This document shows, one piece after another, positions 14,843 to 26,983 of a DNA stretch of 64,000 nucleotides; positions within the stretch are counted from its first letter, which is position 1, and every line of letters starts with the position of its first letter. The translations under genes were made by a program, and so were the position numbers. The stretch spans positions 27,714,001 through 27,778,000 of the forward strand of contig NC_043002.1 in the NCBI RefSeq assembly GCF_006345805.1. Reading direction: 5' to 3'. A model generated the notes under the pieces. It worked only from the letters and a program-made list of their open reading frames with translations, was not told where the DNA came from and searched no databases. The stretch comes from Octopus sinensis (lineage: Eukaryota).

Positions 14843-15804
14843 CCCACTTTTTTCCAGGCAATGCAATAAACTAATAAATATTATTTTGTTAAAAAATATT
14901 TAAATTATTTTTTATTGTTGATGATTGAATTAAAATAAGAATATTATATTGTGTTTTTTACATTTTCCCATATTTTGTCTTAAATTCTAAAAATAAGAAA
15001 ATGTTATCTGCACAGTGATTCGTTGCATTCGCTAATATAAAAATGATTTTAAAAATGCAAAAATAGCCAATGTATCCACAGTAAGGCATGTGGAGCCACC
15101 TGCCCTTTTGCTTTTTCTGAACAGCATGACTAGAAACCCTCAGGTCTGTCCATTGAAAGAAAGTAACAATAACAATATTGTATCATTAAATTTTGAGAAA
15201 TAATTTTTGTTTGTAATGAAGTTTTCATATATAAGCTAAAATTACATATAATCTAACTTTCATAAAACTGCAATTTCTATGAATAAAATATATTCTATTT
15301 ATTTTTAAAAGTTACAAAATAGTGCATCAATCGTAAGGCAAGAGGAGCCACCTGACCTTGTTAGTGCAAAGTTAGTTTGTTAGTCGAAATGCATGCAAAA
15401 TAAAAATAATAAAGCCTGCAATTCAGCTACTCCTCTTGTCAACTTGCCTGAAAATAAAAAATATGAATCCTGCTACAACTCCTTGTCAATTTACTCTAAT
15501 AAATAATAATCTAAATTCTGTTACTTTTAATACTGAATTAAAGTTTAAAAGCAAACAAAAAACTTATTAAATCTTCAGAAATTCTTACAACTTTGGTCTT
15601 CGTGATGCTTTCCTTTCGTTTGTTTGATAAAAAAATTCTTCCTGGTATAAGGATTTTGCTTTCATTTTGTGATAGGTAAGTATCATGCAGAAAATACCAG
15701 CTTCTAAAACCTGTTTTCTGATTAGGTGAATATTATTAAACTTTAAACAACAGTAACAATTTTCTGCAATAAGTATGTATGTATGTGCGTATGTATATAT
15801 GTAT

Positions 15805-16553
15805 ATATATTTTTTCATTTAGAGATAGTAGGCCCCTTCATCTCACCATATAAAAAAGAATTTTTATTTTAAATACCAACTACTTTATAACTTGGCTACA
15901 CGTGTTTCATGAGGTACATTTTCCGGTTCCTAAACCACTCCGTGTTTAGCTGGAACGTTTCTTAAAATATATGGAAGCACTCCGTCGGTTACGACGACGA
16001 GGGTTCCGGTAGATCCGATCAACGGAACAGCCTGCTCGTGAAATTAACGTGCAAGTGGCTGAGCACTCCACAGACACGTGTACCCTTAACGTAGTTCTCG
16101 GGGATATTCAGCGTGACACAGAGAGTGACAAGGCCGGCCCTTTGAAATACAGGTACAACAGAAACAGGAAGTAAGAGTGAGAGAAAGTTGTGGTGAAAGA
16201 GTACAGCAGGGATCACCACCATCCCTGCCGGAGCCTCGTCGAGCTTTAGGTGTTTTCGCTCAATAAACATTCACAACGCCCGGTCTGGGAATCGAAACCG
16301 CGATCCTACGCCCCCACCTTAAAATATAACCGCAATCATCAGATCTCTATATCACTTTCTCATAGTTCAATACTATAACCTATATTTTATATTTTAAGAA
16401 TGGTTCCAGCAAAACACGGAGTGGTTTAGGAACCGGGAATTGTACCGCATGAAACACGTGTAGCCAAGTTATAAAGTAGTAGGTATTTAAAATAAAAATT
16501 CTTTTTTATATGGTGAGATGAAGGGGCCTACTATCTCTAAATGAAAATATATA
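15805..16553. mobile_element. MITE/foldback with ~165-bp near-perfect inverted arms
   Basis: 15805-15971 is the reverse complement of 16388-16553 with few mismatches. Confidence 0.85.
15972..16310 (-). mobile_element. OR-like SINE with alternative 3' half, 5'-truncated, 11-bp TSD
   Basis: Shares its 5' half with 42337 but has a different tail; cttaaaatata at 15961-15971 and 16318-16328. Confidence 0.85.
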
Positions 16554-16621
16554 TTTCTTCATTGAGAGTAATTTGAACCCCTGTTATGCCGAAATTGTTA
16601 TACCCTAACAAATAAACTTAA

Positions 16622-16675
<54 letters not shown>

Positions 16676-16676
16676 T

Positions 16677-16708
<32 letters not shown>

Positions 16709-16729
16709 ATATATAATATATATATATAT

Positions 16730-16765
<36 letters not shown>

Positions 16766-16773
16766 TATATATA

Positions 16774-16810
16774 CTAGCAGAGATACTCGGCGTTGCCCGT
16801 GTGTTACATG
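16774..16810 (-). mobile_element. Helitron-type 3' terminus
   Basis: a|ctagcagagat then hairpin actcggcgttgcccgtgt, same design as at 27133. Confidence 0.5.
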
Positions 16811-16892
16811 CAATTGAAGAATTAGACTTTTCTGTTATATTTTCTCTAATGAACTGGAATATCTATGTTTCGAATATCTATGTTTCACAGAG

Positions 16893-18822
16893 GACAGGTA
16901 AGTGATACTAACGGAATGGGGCCGGTAGTATCGCTTTCATCTATCATCTTCATATTTCATCTTTCATACCTATGTTATCATGATGTTCTATGTCCCCAAT
17001 GTTTGTAGTGTCCCCCTCTGTGTAGCCCCTCGTGGGTAATAAAGAAATATCAGTGGGCAAGCGGCGTCTCTTATGTATTTCGAAGTCGTAAGTTAAATTT
17101 TGTTACTGAGTTACACGTTAATTTTGTTAAACGTTTTTTTTTGGTGTACGGTTGTACGGTGTTTGTCTGAGTTGAGACAGACAAGGACAGTCCCTCCCTA
17201 ATGGGAGAGACGGCAAGAATATTCGAAACCTTATCGGACTTGTCTACGTCTGAGGAGGAATTGGAGGAAGCGGTGAAGAGAATGGACCAGAAATTAGATA
17301 ATAGCTATGCTGGAGTAGCGAAAAAAACAGAGGAGAGAGAGTTGGACTTAGCAAAGCTGCCAAGTTACCAGAGGTTTATCAAGAAGGAGGGCGGTGAGGT
17401 GGAATTAGAACCGCCACCAAAGCGCAGAGAATGGTTCGAGAAAAGGACTATTACCTACCGTGTCTATGTAAACGGAAAGAAAAAAAATCGAAGTGGTGAA
17501 TATGGAATGGATAGAAGAGGCTCTGAGAAGAACAGAGGAGGAGATAATATTTCTGACAAGAGAAACAAGCTACGGTACTGTGGTGGTACAGTTCAGGAGT
17601 TAAAATGTAGCAAGGAGTATGGCGGCGAAAGCAGTGAAATCTGAGAGGGTATTCTTTTTGCTCTCATACTTAAATAGGAAAATTACTAGAATAGGGTAGA
17701 GGAAATACCCCCAAACGTCGAAGCTGAATGGATTGTGGCAGCGATAATTAGCGGTCATGAAGATGAAGTGGACATCCTCCATGCCACGGTAAAACCGAAG
17801 GGTGGAGAGGCGCAACGCTGGACTTGAATGTACCAGCGGAGGATGATGTACTGGAGAATCTAACAGAGAATATCAGATTGGGAGGCGTAATCATGAGAGT
17901 GTGGGTGGAGGGCAGAGCTCCACGTTGCTACAAGTGTGGTCTGAGGGGCCACACAAGAGCTAACTGCCCTCCCACAGAGAAAGATATGGATGCTGAACCG
18001 CAAAGAGAGGCGGAAAAGGAGCAGAGACCAGAAGAGAAGTGGGTGGAGGGCAGAGCTCCACGTTGCTACAAGTGCGGCCTGAGTGGCCACATAAGAACTA
18101 ACTGCCCTCCCCCACCAAAAGATATGGATGCGGAACCTTAAAGAGAGGTGGAAGAGGAGCGGAAACCTGAGGAGAAGGAGACAACAGAAGAAGAGGAGTA
18201 TCCAAAAGAATGGAAAGAAGTCAAGGAAAAGAAGAAGATAAGAAGAAGAGGAAAACCAAACAGTGTTGAACCCCCACCCACCCCAACACCACCCGCACCC
18301 TCAGAGAGTCACCCTTTCCCTGCAGACAGTGAACCCACCCACTCCCCACCAACAAGAAAACAAAAAAGAGAAACATACGAACAAAATACTAAAAATATAC
18401 CTAGGCCCTACACCCTATGTATTTCAGGGAAAGAGGAAATAAAAGAGACTTTAACGGAATACCAATGGTGTGATAGGGGACAGCAAAGATGTGCAATAAT
18501 CCCAAAGGAACAAGTGGAGGAATTTGTGGAAAGGTGCAAAGAGAAGGCCTGGGGAATGACTAAGATGAACATGGATGAAGAGACAGTGAAGGAGCTAGAA
18601 GAATGGTTCGAGAGAGGAATAGAGAGGAAAGCATATTTGTTTGGGATTGATAACTAAATGACAGGTAAGTGACGCTAGCGGATGGGGCCGTTAGCGTCGC
18701 TTTCATAATATCATTTTCAAAATTCATCTTCCATTTCTATGTAATCGTATTGTTCTATGTCCCCAATGTTTGTAGTGTCCCCCTCTGTGTGGCCCCTAGT
18801 GGGTAATAAAGAAAATCAGTGG
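16893..18822 (+). mobile_element. ORF1-only (HAL1-like) non-autonomous retroelement between ~163-bp direct repeats of its 3' UTR
   Basis: Direct repeats at 16893-17056 and 18660-18822 ending aataaagaaa-atcagtgg; a single zinc-knuckle ORF; no RT. Confidence 0.7.
17201..18657 (+). pseudogene. Gag/ORF1-like nucleic-acid-binding protein with CCHC zinc knuckles, disrupted
   Basis: ORF pieces 17201-17644, 17824-18141 and 18148-18657; CYKCGLRGHTRANC and CYKCGLSGHIRTNC from a 138-bp duplication (17901/18039); Pro-rich and charged tail. Confidence 0.8.
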
Positions 18823-19365
18823 AGAAGTCGAATTGCCACGATGTTATGCGGCCTTACTGGATTTTACCTGGAGAAACCCGTTAAATCACAGTTGCAGTTA
18901 TGGAATAATACTCTCAATTGCCTCTTTGAATTTGCCTTTATGTATTTCAGGTTTATATTTGTATATGCTTATCATCAGACACTTGATATAAACATTTGGA
19001 TATTCGAATAGAATAATACCTCATGTCTTACATCTGAATTTTGAATTTGCTTTTCTGAATAATTTAAGACAAATATCTGAAATTTTTCTCAGATATCAAA
19101 TTTATTAATCTTTAGCTAATATACAGGCGAAACAAGAGTTGTACTATATACTGAAGCTTTATTTCTATTAAAATTCTCGAATTATTTTTATATGTACATA
19201 TACATTCATACGTACAAGTTCCATTCTAGTAGGTTCAAGAATATTACACCTTAATATCTCGTCTTTTCTCATATTTTATGCCGAAGACATGTATTTTCTA
19301 TTCTGGTTTATATAAACATATTTCTACTAATACTTTATATTTATATCTCTCTATATAAATATAAG

Positions 19366-19503
19366 TAGCTTCCTTACGAACCACATGGTTCCGAGTTCAG
19401 TCCCACTGCGTGGCACCTTGGGCAAATGTCTTCTACTATAGCCTCGGGCCGACCAAAGCGTTGTGAGTGGATTTGGTAGACGGATACTGAAAGTAGCCGG
19501 TCG

Positions 19504-19505
<2 letters not shown>
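19366..19505 (+). mobile_element. OK-like SINE 5' half
   Basis: accacatggttccgagttcagtcccactgcgtggcaccttgggcaa..tggatttggtagacgga. Confidence 0.85.
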
Positions 19506-19547
<42 letters not shown>

Positions 19548-21148
19548 CAGTGTGGGAGGGGGGAATAAATATTCGTACATGTCAAAATTCTTTATTTATT
19601 TAATTTCTAATGAACATAAATGGGATATACCAATACTTTATTTGCATACACATGCATAAACTAAGAATATGCAAAAAAAATTAATAAATTATAGTAACTA
19701 AGGAAATTATATTCAATTATAAATATTTAGGGGTGAAAAAGTATTCATATAGAACATAAATAACTGATATTTCTGATTTAATACTTCCTAGCATAACCAT
19801 TATTCAGTTCCACTTCAACCAATCTCTTCTTGTAGTTCTTAATCAATGACTCGCATGTTCTCTTGAGGAATTTTTTCCATTCTTCTTGACAATTTTCTTC
19901 AAATCTGCAATGCACGTTGGGGCTCTTGAATGAATTTTAATTTTCAAATAATGCCACAAATTTTAAATGGGGTTCAAGTCAGGTGACTGGCTTGGTCATT
20001 CTAATAATTTTATATTGTGATCGACAATCCATTTTTTGGTAGACTTCGCCGTGTGCTTAGGATCGTTATCCTGTTGTAAAACCCACCCTTCACAAAGCTG
20101 GAGCTTTTCAACAGAGTCCCATAAATTGCTGTTCAAAATATTTTGGTACATCTCTGCATTCATTCTACCAGCTATCACATGTAAATTGCCACTACCATTT
20201 GCAGAGAAACACCCCCCACACCATGATGTTGCCACCTCCAAACTTTACAGTAGGAATTGTGTTTTTCGACGAATAGGCGGTACCATCTTTCCTCCAAACA
20301 TAGCTACGCGAATTTCGTCCAAACAATTCAATTTTCGACTCATCTGTCCATAGAACATTTTCCCAGAATGTATCAGATTTATCTTTATGTTCATAAACAA
20401 ATTTTAAACGGGCATCTCTATGCCTTTTAGTCAATATCAGAGTTTTTCTAGGAGAGCGTGATTTCAGTTCATTCCTATGAACTTCATTGCTGATTGTTAG
20501 TCTCTGAAGCTAACAAATCTTCTTGCAACTCCTTTCTGGTGATCATTGTGTCTTTTCGGATTCTTTGCTTCATTTTTGTTAAAGATCTAGGGCAAATCTT
20601 GCGTGGTGCACCGGATCTTATTCTGTTTTCAACAGTTCCTGATTTTTTTATATCTTTGAATAAATGAAGATATGGTAGAAAATGGAATACAAAGGGTCTC
20701 TGATATTTTCCTGTAACTTTTACCTATTTTCCACTGTTCAATAATTAAGTTTTTCACTGAATGTGTGAGTTTTTTGCTTTTCGCCATTATTACAATACTG
20801 CTTTATGTTGTCTCAATGCTGAATGAAGAAGCTAGCGTTTTGACACTTAAAAATGACAACTGATAAAATTATTGGAACAAACGAGAAACTTCTAATAAAA
20901 AAAATTATTTTAACAGTATTTTGTGGCATAGAAAATCATAAATTTATTCTGTAAGAATACTTTTTTCACCCCTAGATATTTATAATTGTATATCAATTTA
21001 TTAGTTGATATAATTTATTAGCTTTTTTGTATATTCTTAGTTTATGCATGTGCATGCAAATATAGTATTGGTATATCACATTTAAGTTCATTAGAAATTA
21101 AATAAAGAATTTTGGCATGTCCGAATATTTACCCCCACTCCCGCACTG
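19548..21148 (-). mobile_element. Full-length Tc1-family DNA transposon with ~200-bp TIRs
   Basis: ta|cagtg at 19548 and cactg|ca at 21148; 19548-19746 inverted to 20955-21148; inserted in (TA)n. Confidence 0.95.
19778..20787 (-). pseudogene. Tc1 DD34E transposase, inactivated
   Basis: MAKSKKLTHSVKNLII..; VLWTDESKIELFG; VKFGGGNIMVWG; QQDNDPKHTAK; SPDLNPI*NLW with a stop at the catalytic Glu position; frameshifts. Confidence 0.95.
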
Positions 21149-21181
21149 CATATATATATATATATATATATATAAGTTTGT

Positions 21182-21212
<31 letters not shown>

Positions 21213-21226
21213 AGTTTGTTACCTTT

Positions 21227-21480
21227 TGTGTGAATCCCTAAAACATGAGAACTACACAACCAATTTCATTCAAATTTTACACATGTCTTACATAGGGTCC
21301 ATGTAATAAGTACACGCTCGCTCTGGTCGCCATAGCCCTCACTGTGGTGTCGTAGCCGTGGACAGTGGGCCCAATGGCGCCCAGAGCGAGCGTGTACTTA
21401 TTACATGGACCCTAAGTAAGACATGTGTAAAATTTGAATGAAATTGGTTGTGTAGTTCTCATGTTTTAGGGATTCACACA
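21227..21480. repeat. Long palindrome, ~119-bp arms and ~16-bp loop
   Basis: 21227-21345 inverted to 21362-21480; the outer ~75 bp match the Helitron end at 22146-22217. Confidence 0.95.
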
Positions 21481-21954
21481 GATAGACACACATTTCATGC
21501 CAAGTTATAACACAGTGGGACTGAACCCAGGACCATGTATTTTGGAACGAAGTTTGTTACCGCACTGCCATCCCTGCACTTATGTATGTGTGTGTGTGTG
21601 TGTGTGTATGTATGGATGTATATATGTATGCATGTATATATGTGAATATATATGTGAGTACATATTACATGTACATCAACACATATACATGTATACATAT
21701 ACATCTATATGTATAGAAATAAATGTATACCAATACAGCTATACACACACACACACATACATATATATGTCCAGGTGTGGCTGTGTGGTAACAAACTTTG
21801 TTCCAAAACACATGGTCCTGGGTTTAAATTTAAATTTAAAATAATAAGGATGAGAAATTGAATATTAATTTGATTAATATGAATTGAAAACCAGTGGTGT
21901 AGCATATAAGACCATAGCGGATCTTCTTCTAGCAAAATGGACGTCCACTGTTAA

Positions 21955-22268
21955 TGGTTCATCCCTCATATAATAGTTTGACTTTAATAGTTTCAGTATT
22001 AAAGTGAAAGTATCTCACATTACAATAGAGAGATGTTTTTGTTTCACTTTTAACACGTAATACTGAAATAGTGGAGAAGATATGGTATTGCTGTGGGCTC
22101 GCCGTGAGCAGGAAGTTAGAAATGTTTTGCCCATGACACACCCTGGACCCTAAGTAAGGCATGTGTAAAATATGAATGAAATTGGTTGTGTAGTTCTCAA
22201 GTTTTAGGGATTCACAAAGACAGAGAGACAGACAGATACACACACATTGTCAGTTTTATACATATAGA
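21955..22268 (-). mobile_element. Non-autonomous Helitron, 5' portion
   Basis: Homologous to 27890-28157; minus-strand start a|tctatatgtataaaac followed by (tgtc)n. Confidence 0.7.
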
Positions 22269-22762
22269 TTGTTGCATGTTATTGTAATAGCGAAAGATTG
22301 TCTTCGACATAAACGAGACGTTTTTCTAAAAATAATTTTTTATGTTTATTCATAATATATTATGTTATAATATAAATAAGTTATTGGATTGTGAAGTATA
22401 GCTCTCTATTTTATTTTTTTGTAATTTGCATAATACCCATATTTATGTGGATTCAACTGACATACCAGTGAATTGGATGTTTCACACACCCGCGATCTAA
22501 TCGATTAGCCCCACTTACCCCAAAATTCCTGCCCCGTGCCTAGAGTAGAAAAGGATATATATATGTATGTTTATATATATATATGTATGTTTATATATAT
22601 GTATGTGTTTATATATATGTATGTTTATATATATATATGTATGTTTATATATATGTACGTTTTTATATATGTATGTGTTTATATATATGTTTATACATAC
22701 ACACACATATATACATACATATTTATGTATGTTTATATATATATATATATAATATATATATC

Positions 22763-22927
22763 ATGGTTGTATACTGTCAACTTAACGTGACAGTAGGGGA
22801 TTACACCACCGCTGTTTAGCCCTAGGAAGCATCGACACACTTCCTGAGGAAGCGTCGATGCTTCCTAGGGCTAAACAGCGGTGGTGTAATCCCCTACTGT
22901 CACGTTAAGTTGACAGTATACAACCAT
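22763..22927. repeat. Perfect palindrome, 74-bp arms and 17-bp spacer
   Basis: 22763-22836 is the exact reverse complement of 22854-22927. Confidence 0.97.
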
Positions 22928-23002
22928 TATATCGCCCCACCACCGTACATATCTCTATGAGATATTTAGAAATTTTATATTTCTGATATATATATATCAA
23001 TA

Positions 23003-23564
23003 TCTATAAATCTGAAATGCGAAAAGTTTGTTTGTCTGGTTTTGGTATTGGAACGGGTTAAAGGCCACTAAATCTCGTCGGATTGACTCCAAAATTTACA
23101 GGGACATGTAGGGGTGAGGATGCGAGTGGGCTATCTTAAAAGGTGTCGTTACTAGGGCAAGAAACGCACACTTTAACAAGTCTCCTCTCATTCTCATATC
23201 TGCATGTCTTCCTCCATCTCTCTCTGTTTCCTCCCTTCCCATCACTTTCTCTCTATAACGACGTTTGACAGATACTACTATCTTTCCCCCGCTGCCTTCG
23301 CCAGCGCTGTCCCTCTTTCCCCCACCGCCTCCCTCTCTGTATGTCTGTCTGCATTCATAGAGAGTTTTATTATCGCCACAACAACCACACAATCATGAGA
23401 ACAAATATTATGACTCAGATATTTATTGGGTTAGTTTATATATGTGTGTGTGTGTTCTATATATAAATACGTATATATAATGTATATATACAAAGTGTAT
23501 ATATCTGTATTTATATATATATATATATAATTTGTATACATTTGTATATATAATGCGTATACAC

Positions 23565-23647
<83 letters not shown>

Positions 23648-24503
23648 ATGTGTGCATTATGTGGTCGGTTGAGCTGAAAATATGCACACCTATGTTAAAA
23701 GTGCTGGCGAGTTTGCATGGCAACTATTTTTTCCTCAACAAATTCATCTTATAGAATGTGGCCCGAGTAGACCTGAATGAAATCGGGTTATATTAACCAA
23801 AATGTGAAAAGGCGTCTAAATGGGGCTGAAAGGGGATTACAATTTACAGGAGCGGGTGTTTAGGTATTCTCTATTACATCAAGCTAAAAAATGTGCGCCA
23901 GCCTTTAAATCTTCAATGTGTTGCATTCCATGATGAAGAAGTTTTGAATGCTTGCCATGGTGAGTCTACTGTCGTGAGAAAGAATCACTTCAAAACTTGG
24001 TGTTTAGGAATTTTCTTTTACATCAAGTTCAAAATTTTACGCCAGCCTTTAAACTGCCAATACGTTGCTGTCCGTCATTAAGAAATGCCAGAAATCTACT
24101 ATCCTCAGATCCTATCCCTTCAAACGTTGGTTTCCAATATTTTTTTTTTTTATTCAGCTCGCAAGTTCGTCTGTCCCTTTTAAATGTTAGTGTTTTGCTG
24201 TATGCGTTGAAGCGGACCTTTCCGTTGTCACTGCCTGATATTTATGATTGATCTTTCAATATATTTACTCTTTCAACTTACTCAAGATCTTTTGTTGTTC
24301 ATAAATAGGAGAGAGAGGGAGAGAGATAGAGAAAGATAGAGTAAGAGAAAGCGAGGGAGAGTCCGAGAGAAAGGAAGAGTAAGAGAGTGGGAAAGTGAGA
24401 GAGAAACAAAGAGGGAGAATGTGGTGATAAAAAACAGAATGGAAGCAACAGAAAGTAACAACCACACTCTTACTCGCGCGTAGAGCGGGTCACCTTAGGC
24501 AAG
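23003..24503 (+). mobile_element. Non-autonomous Helitron-like element
   Basis: a|tctataaatc..gtttgtttgtctg start; 3' hairpin actcgc..gcgggt (24472-24490) then caag|t; internal ~144-bp-period repeat at 23855/23999. Confidence 0.55.
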
Positions 24504-24523
24504 TATATATATATATCGGCTAG

Positions 24524-24555
<32 letters not shown>

Positions 24556-24646
24556 TATTGCGTTTGTGTGAATGCATGAACGGATGGATTTCTTCATTTC
24601 TCTACAACGTTGCGGCTGTTGTTTCAGCAAGGCAAAAACTCGACAA

Positions 24647-24720
24647 GACCCGTCAGGAAGTTAGTATATATACAATGATTAGGTTTAGCGAATATTAGGC
24701 TTCCTGAAACGGCGGTAGTC
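24647..24720 (+). ncRNA. Degenerate type I hammerhead
   Basis: gac ccgtc aggaagttagtat..atattaggcttcct GAAAC ggcg GTA gtc; stems intact, CUGANGA corrupted. Confidence 0.45.
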
Positions 24721-25689
24721 ATATTCTAAGGTTGTGAATAAATAAAGGCTTTAGAATAGTGGATTATAGACCAATACGATCGAAATAACGTATTCATCAA
24801 TTTCGCATATACATATACACACAGTTACATTTATGCTTTTATAACTGTTTCACATGTATATGTATGTATGCATATATATGTTTGTATATATCTGTGTGTG
24901 TATATATATGTATGTATGTATGTATATGTGTGTGTATGTGTTTGTGTGTGCGTATATACATGAAGGCATATATATACTTGTTTTTATATCACATATATGT
25001 GTGTATTCGTGCATGCTTATATAGTTTTACTTATATGCACTTACGTATATAAGTCTGAAAATGCGGATGTATATAAAGACAGATCCGTTGCTGCAAGCCT
25101 TTCCTCAATGCTTTCAGCACGTAGAGAAATATCATGATCTGATCCCAGTTTATTAATTTAGTATGAAATTCGGGTGTCAGCGTATGCCCGTAACATGATT
25201 AAGGCGATCAGTGATGCAATGAAATTATTCTTAATCAAGCAGTCTAAGAATAACATGTTCCTTATTGACAAGTTATAACACACAGTAATATCCACCTCAG
25301 TTCCAAAACTGATCCTATTCTTCTTATGTAAGTATACAATATCAAGATTCGAAAGATATGTTGTACAATATTGATATAATGACTTAAACTAGTAAGGCTA
25401 ACCTTAGGCTAGTAGTTTAATACTGCATTTATTGCTAGAAGCTTTACAATCAATTTTATCGAAATGATGTTTATACAGACGGGAGTGTAGTAAAATTGTT
25501 ATGTATCACATAATGCATCCCTCTGAGTTTGTGATAATTTGCGAAGTGAAGCATATTAGCTGCTGTTTCTAGTTGGCTGAAAGGCTAACGAGGTTTAAGT
25601 TGTAAATTCAGATCTTATCGTTTATGTTGGACAGTAGTCAGAACAGCTCTTCCCAATGTTTAATATAAGACGTACAAACAAGGAATACC

Positions 25690-25940
25690 AAACTATTTTC
25701 CTTGTTCTACCGCTACTGTAGTGGACAGCCATTGCCCCTACGAATTGATTGGGCTTATGTCATCTCTACTGGAATCCAATTTGCCTTTCTCCATCCCACC
25801 ATGTTTACTGTATCAAACACACCTATCTCCGTACAAATTACAACACACAATATTTCGTTCTCAGATCGTCGGCCCTCTGGAGTTCCTTTCCCGTAAATAT
25901 CATTCTCACAAAGCAGGAATGATTATGGTTTGATCAATTT
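25690..25940 (+). pseudogene. Old CR1/L2-group LINE C-terminal fragment
   Basis: LFYRYCSG..HCPYELIGLM..FVLRSSALWSSFP resembles the LFYRYYHG.CS.EL..FF.RT..LWN.LP end of these LINEs. Confidence 0.55.
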
Positions 25941-26082
25941 ACCTTTCTGAATAATGATTATGATAATCTATCAAAACCAGGAACTTCGTGTATAGTGATT
26001 TTTGTTACTGAGTTTCTTTGTTGATATTTTATACTATCACCTCCTAAATTACCTTTAACTTATTTCTCCTCTGTATATATAT

Positions 26083-26345
26083 AGCCTTTGTTAGGGCATC
26101 CTTCTAGGAGAAGGTAACTCAGGTAACTGGGATGACTCCGACATAAAACCTGCGGCTCGGTAGTTACCGAAGATGTTGACTTGTTCTTCTTTTCGGATTA
26201 TGGTTGCTGTTGCTTAGTGAGTGGGATTCACTCAGTGCGCAGCATTTCCTCACTTTAAAAAAAATCTTCTTGCACAGGCATTGCACGATAACAACATTAA
26301 TTAAGCTTCGTGCAATGGCCATACTCGATAACGAGGGGGCAGCCA

Positions 26346-26347
<2 letters not shown>
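26083..26347 (+). mobile_element. Interspersed repeat, probable RTE-associated (Ceph-type) SINE fragment
   Basis: agggcatccttctaggagaaggtaactc resembles RTE 5' UTR/Ceph-domain sequence as recalled; GC-richer than its flanks. Confidence 0.4.
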
Positions 26348-26395
<48 letters not shown>

Positions 26396-26925
26396 CTTCT
26401 GCTATATTCTTTCGCAAGTTCATTGAAAGAAAAATCTTTTTATACTTCCTGCACTGAAGAGTACAATGATATATATATAATTAAATTAATTTAATTTATT
26501 TAATCTAATTCAATCATGAATTTTCATTGTTTTTATATCTCCACGAAGCGATCGTCTGCAAGAATTAAAATTCTGTCATATATTTTAACAATTAGTCTTC
26601 TCCATTTTAAACTGAATTGATGAGATTTTTGGGACTTCTTTCCATAAATTAATCATACATCATAAACAAATGTTACTTTCATATCTTCGCAAATTTACGC
26701 TTGTAATCTACCAGCAAAATAAGAAGAATCAACATTAGAAATCATGTTTGGAAACCTCCAAATTAAAGGACGAATCAGCATTCACTCTTTCACCATCCCT
26801 CTCATATGTATGTAATACAATTTACTGAACTTAAGTTTTTTCATATGCTAGACCACTGGTGTTAAATTGATGTTATCAAATTAATATCCAATTTTTCACC
26901 CTCATTTTGATTTTACACACACACA

Positions 26926-26983
<58 letters not shown>

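Noticed and set aside
16893-18822. Interpretation as an LTR retrotransposon or TRIM
   Set aside because: Repeats lack TG..CA ends, no PBS, PPT or TSD seen, and they end in the LINE-type tail
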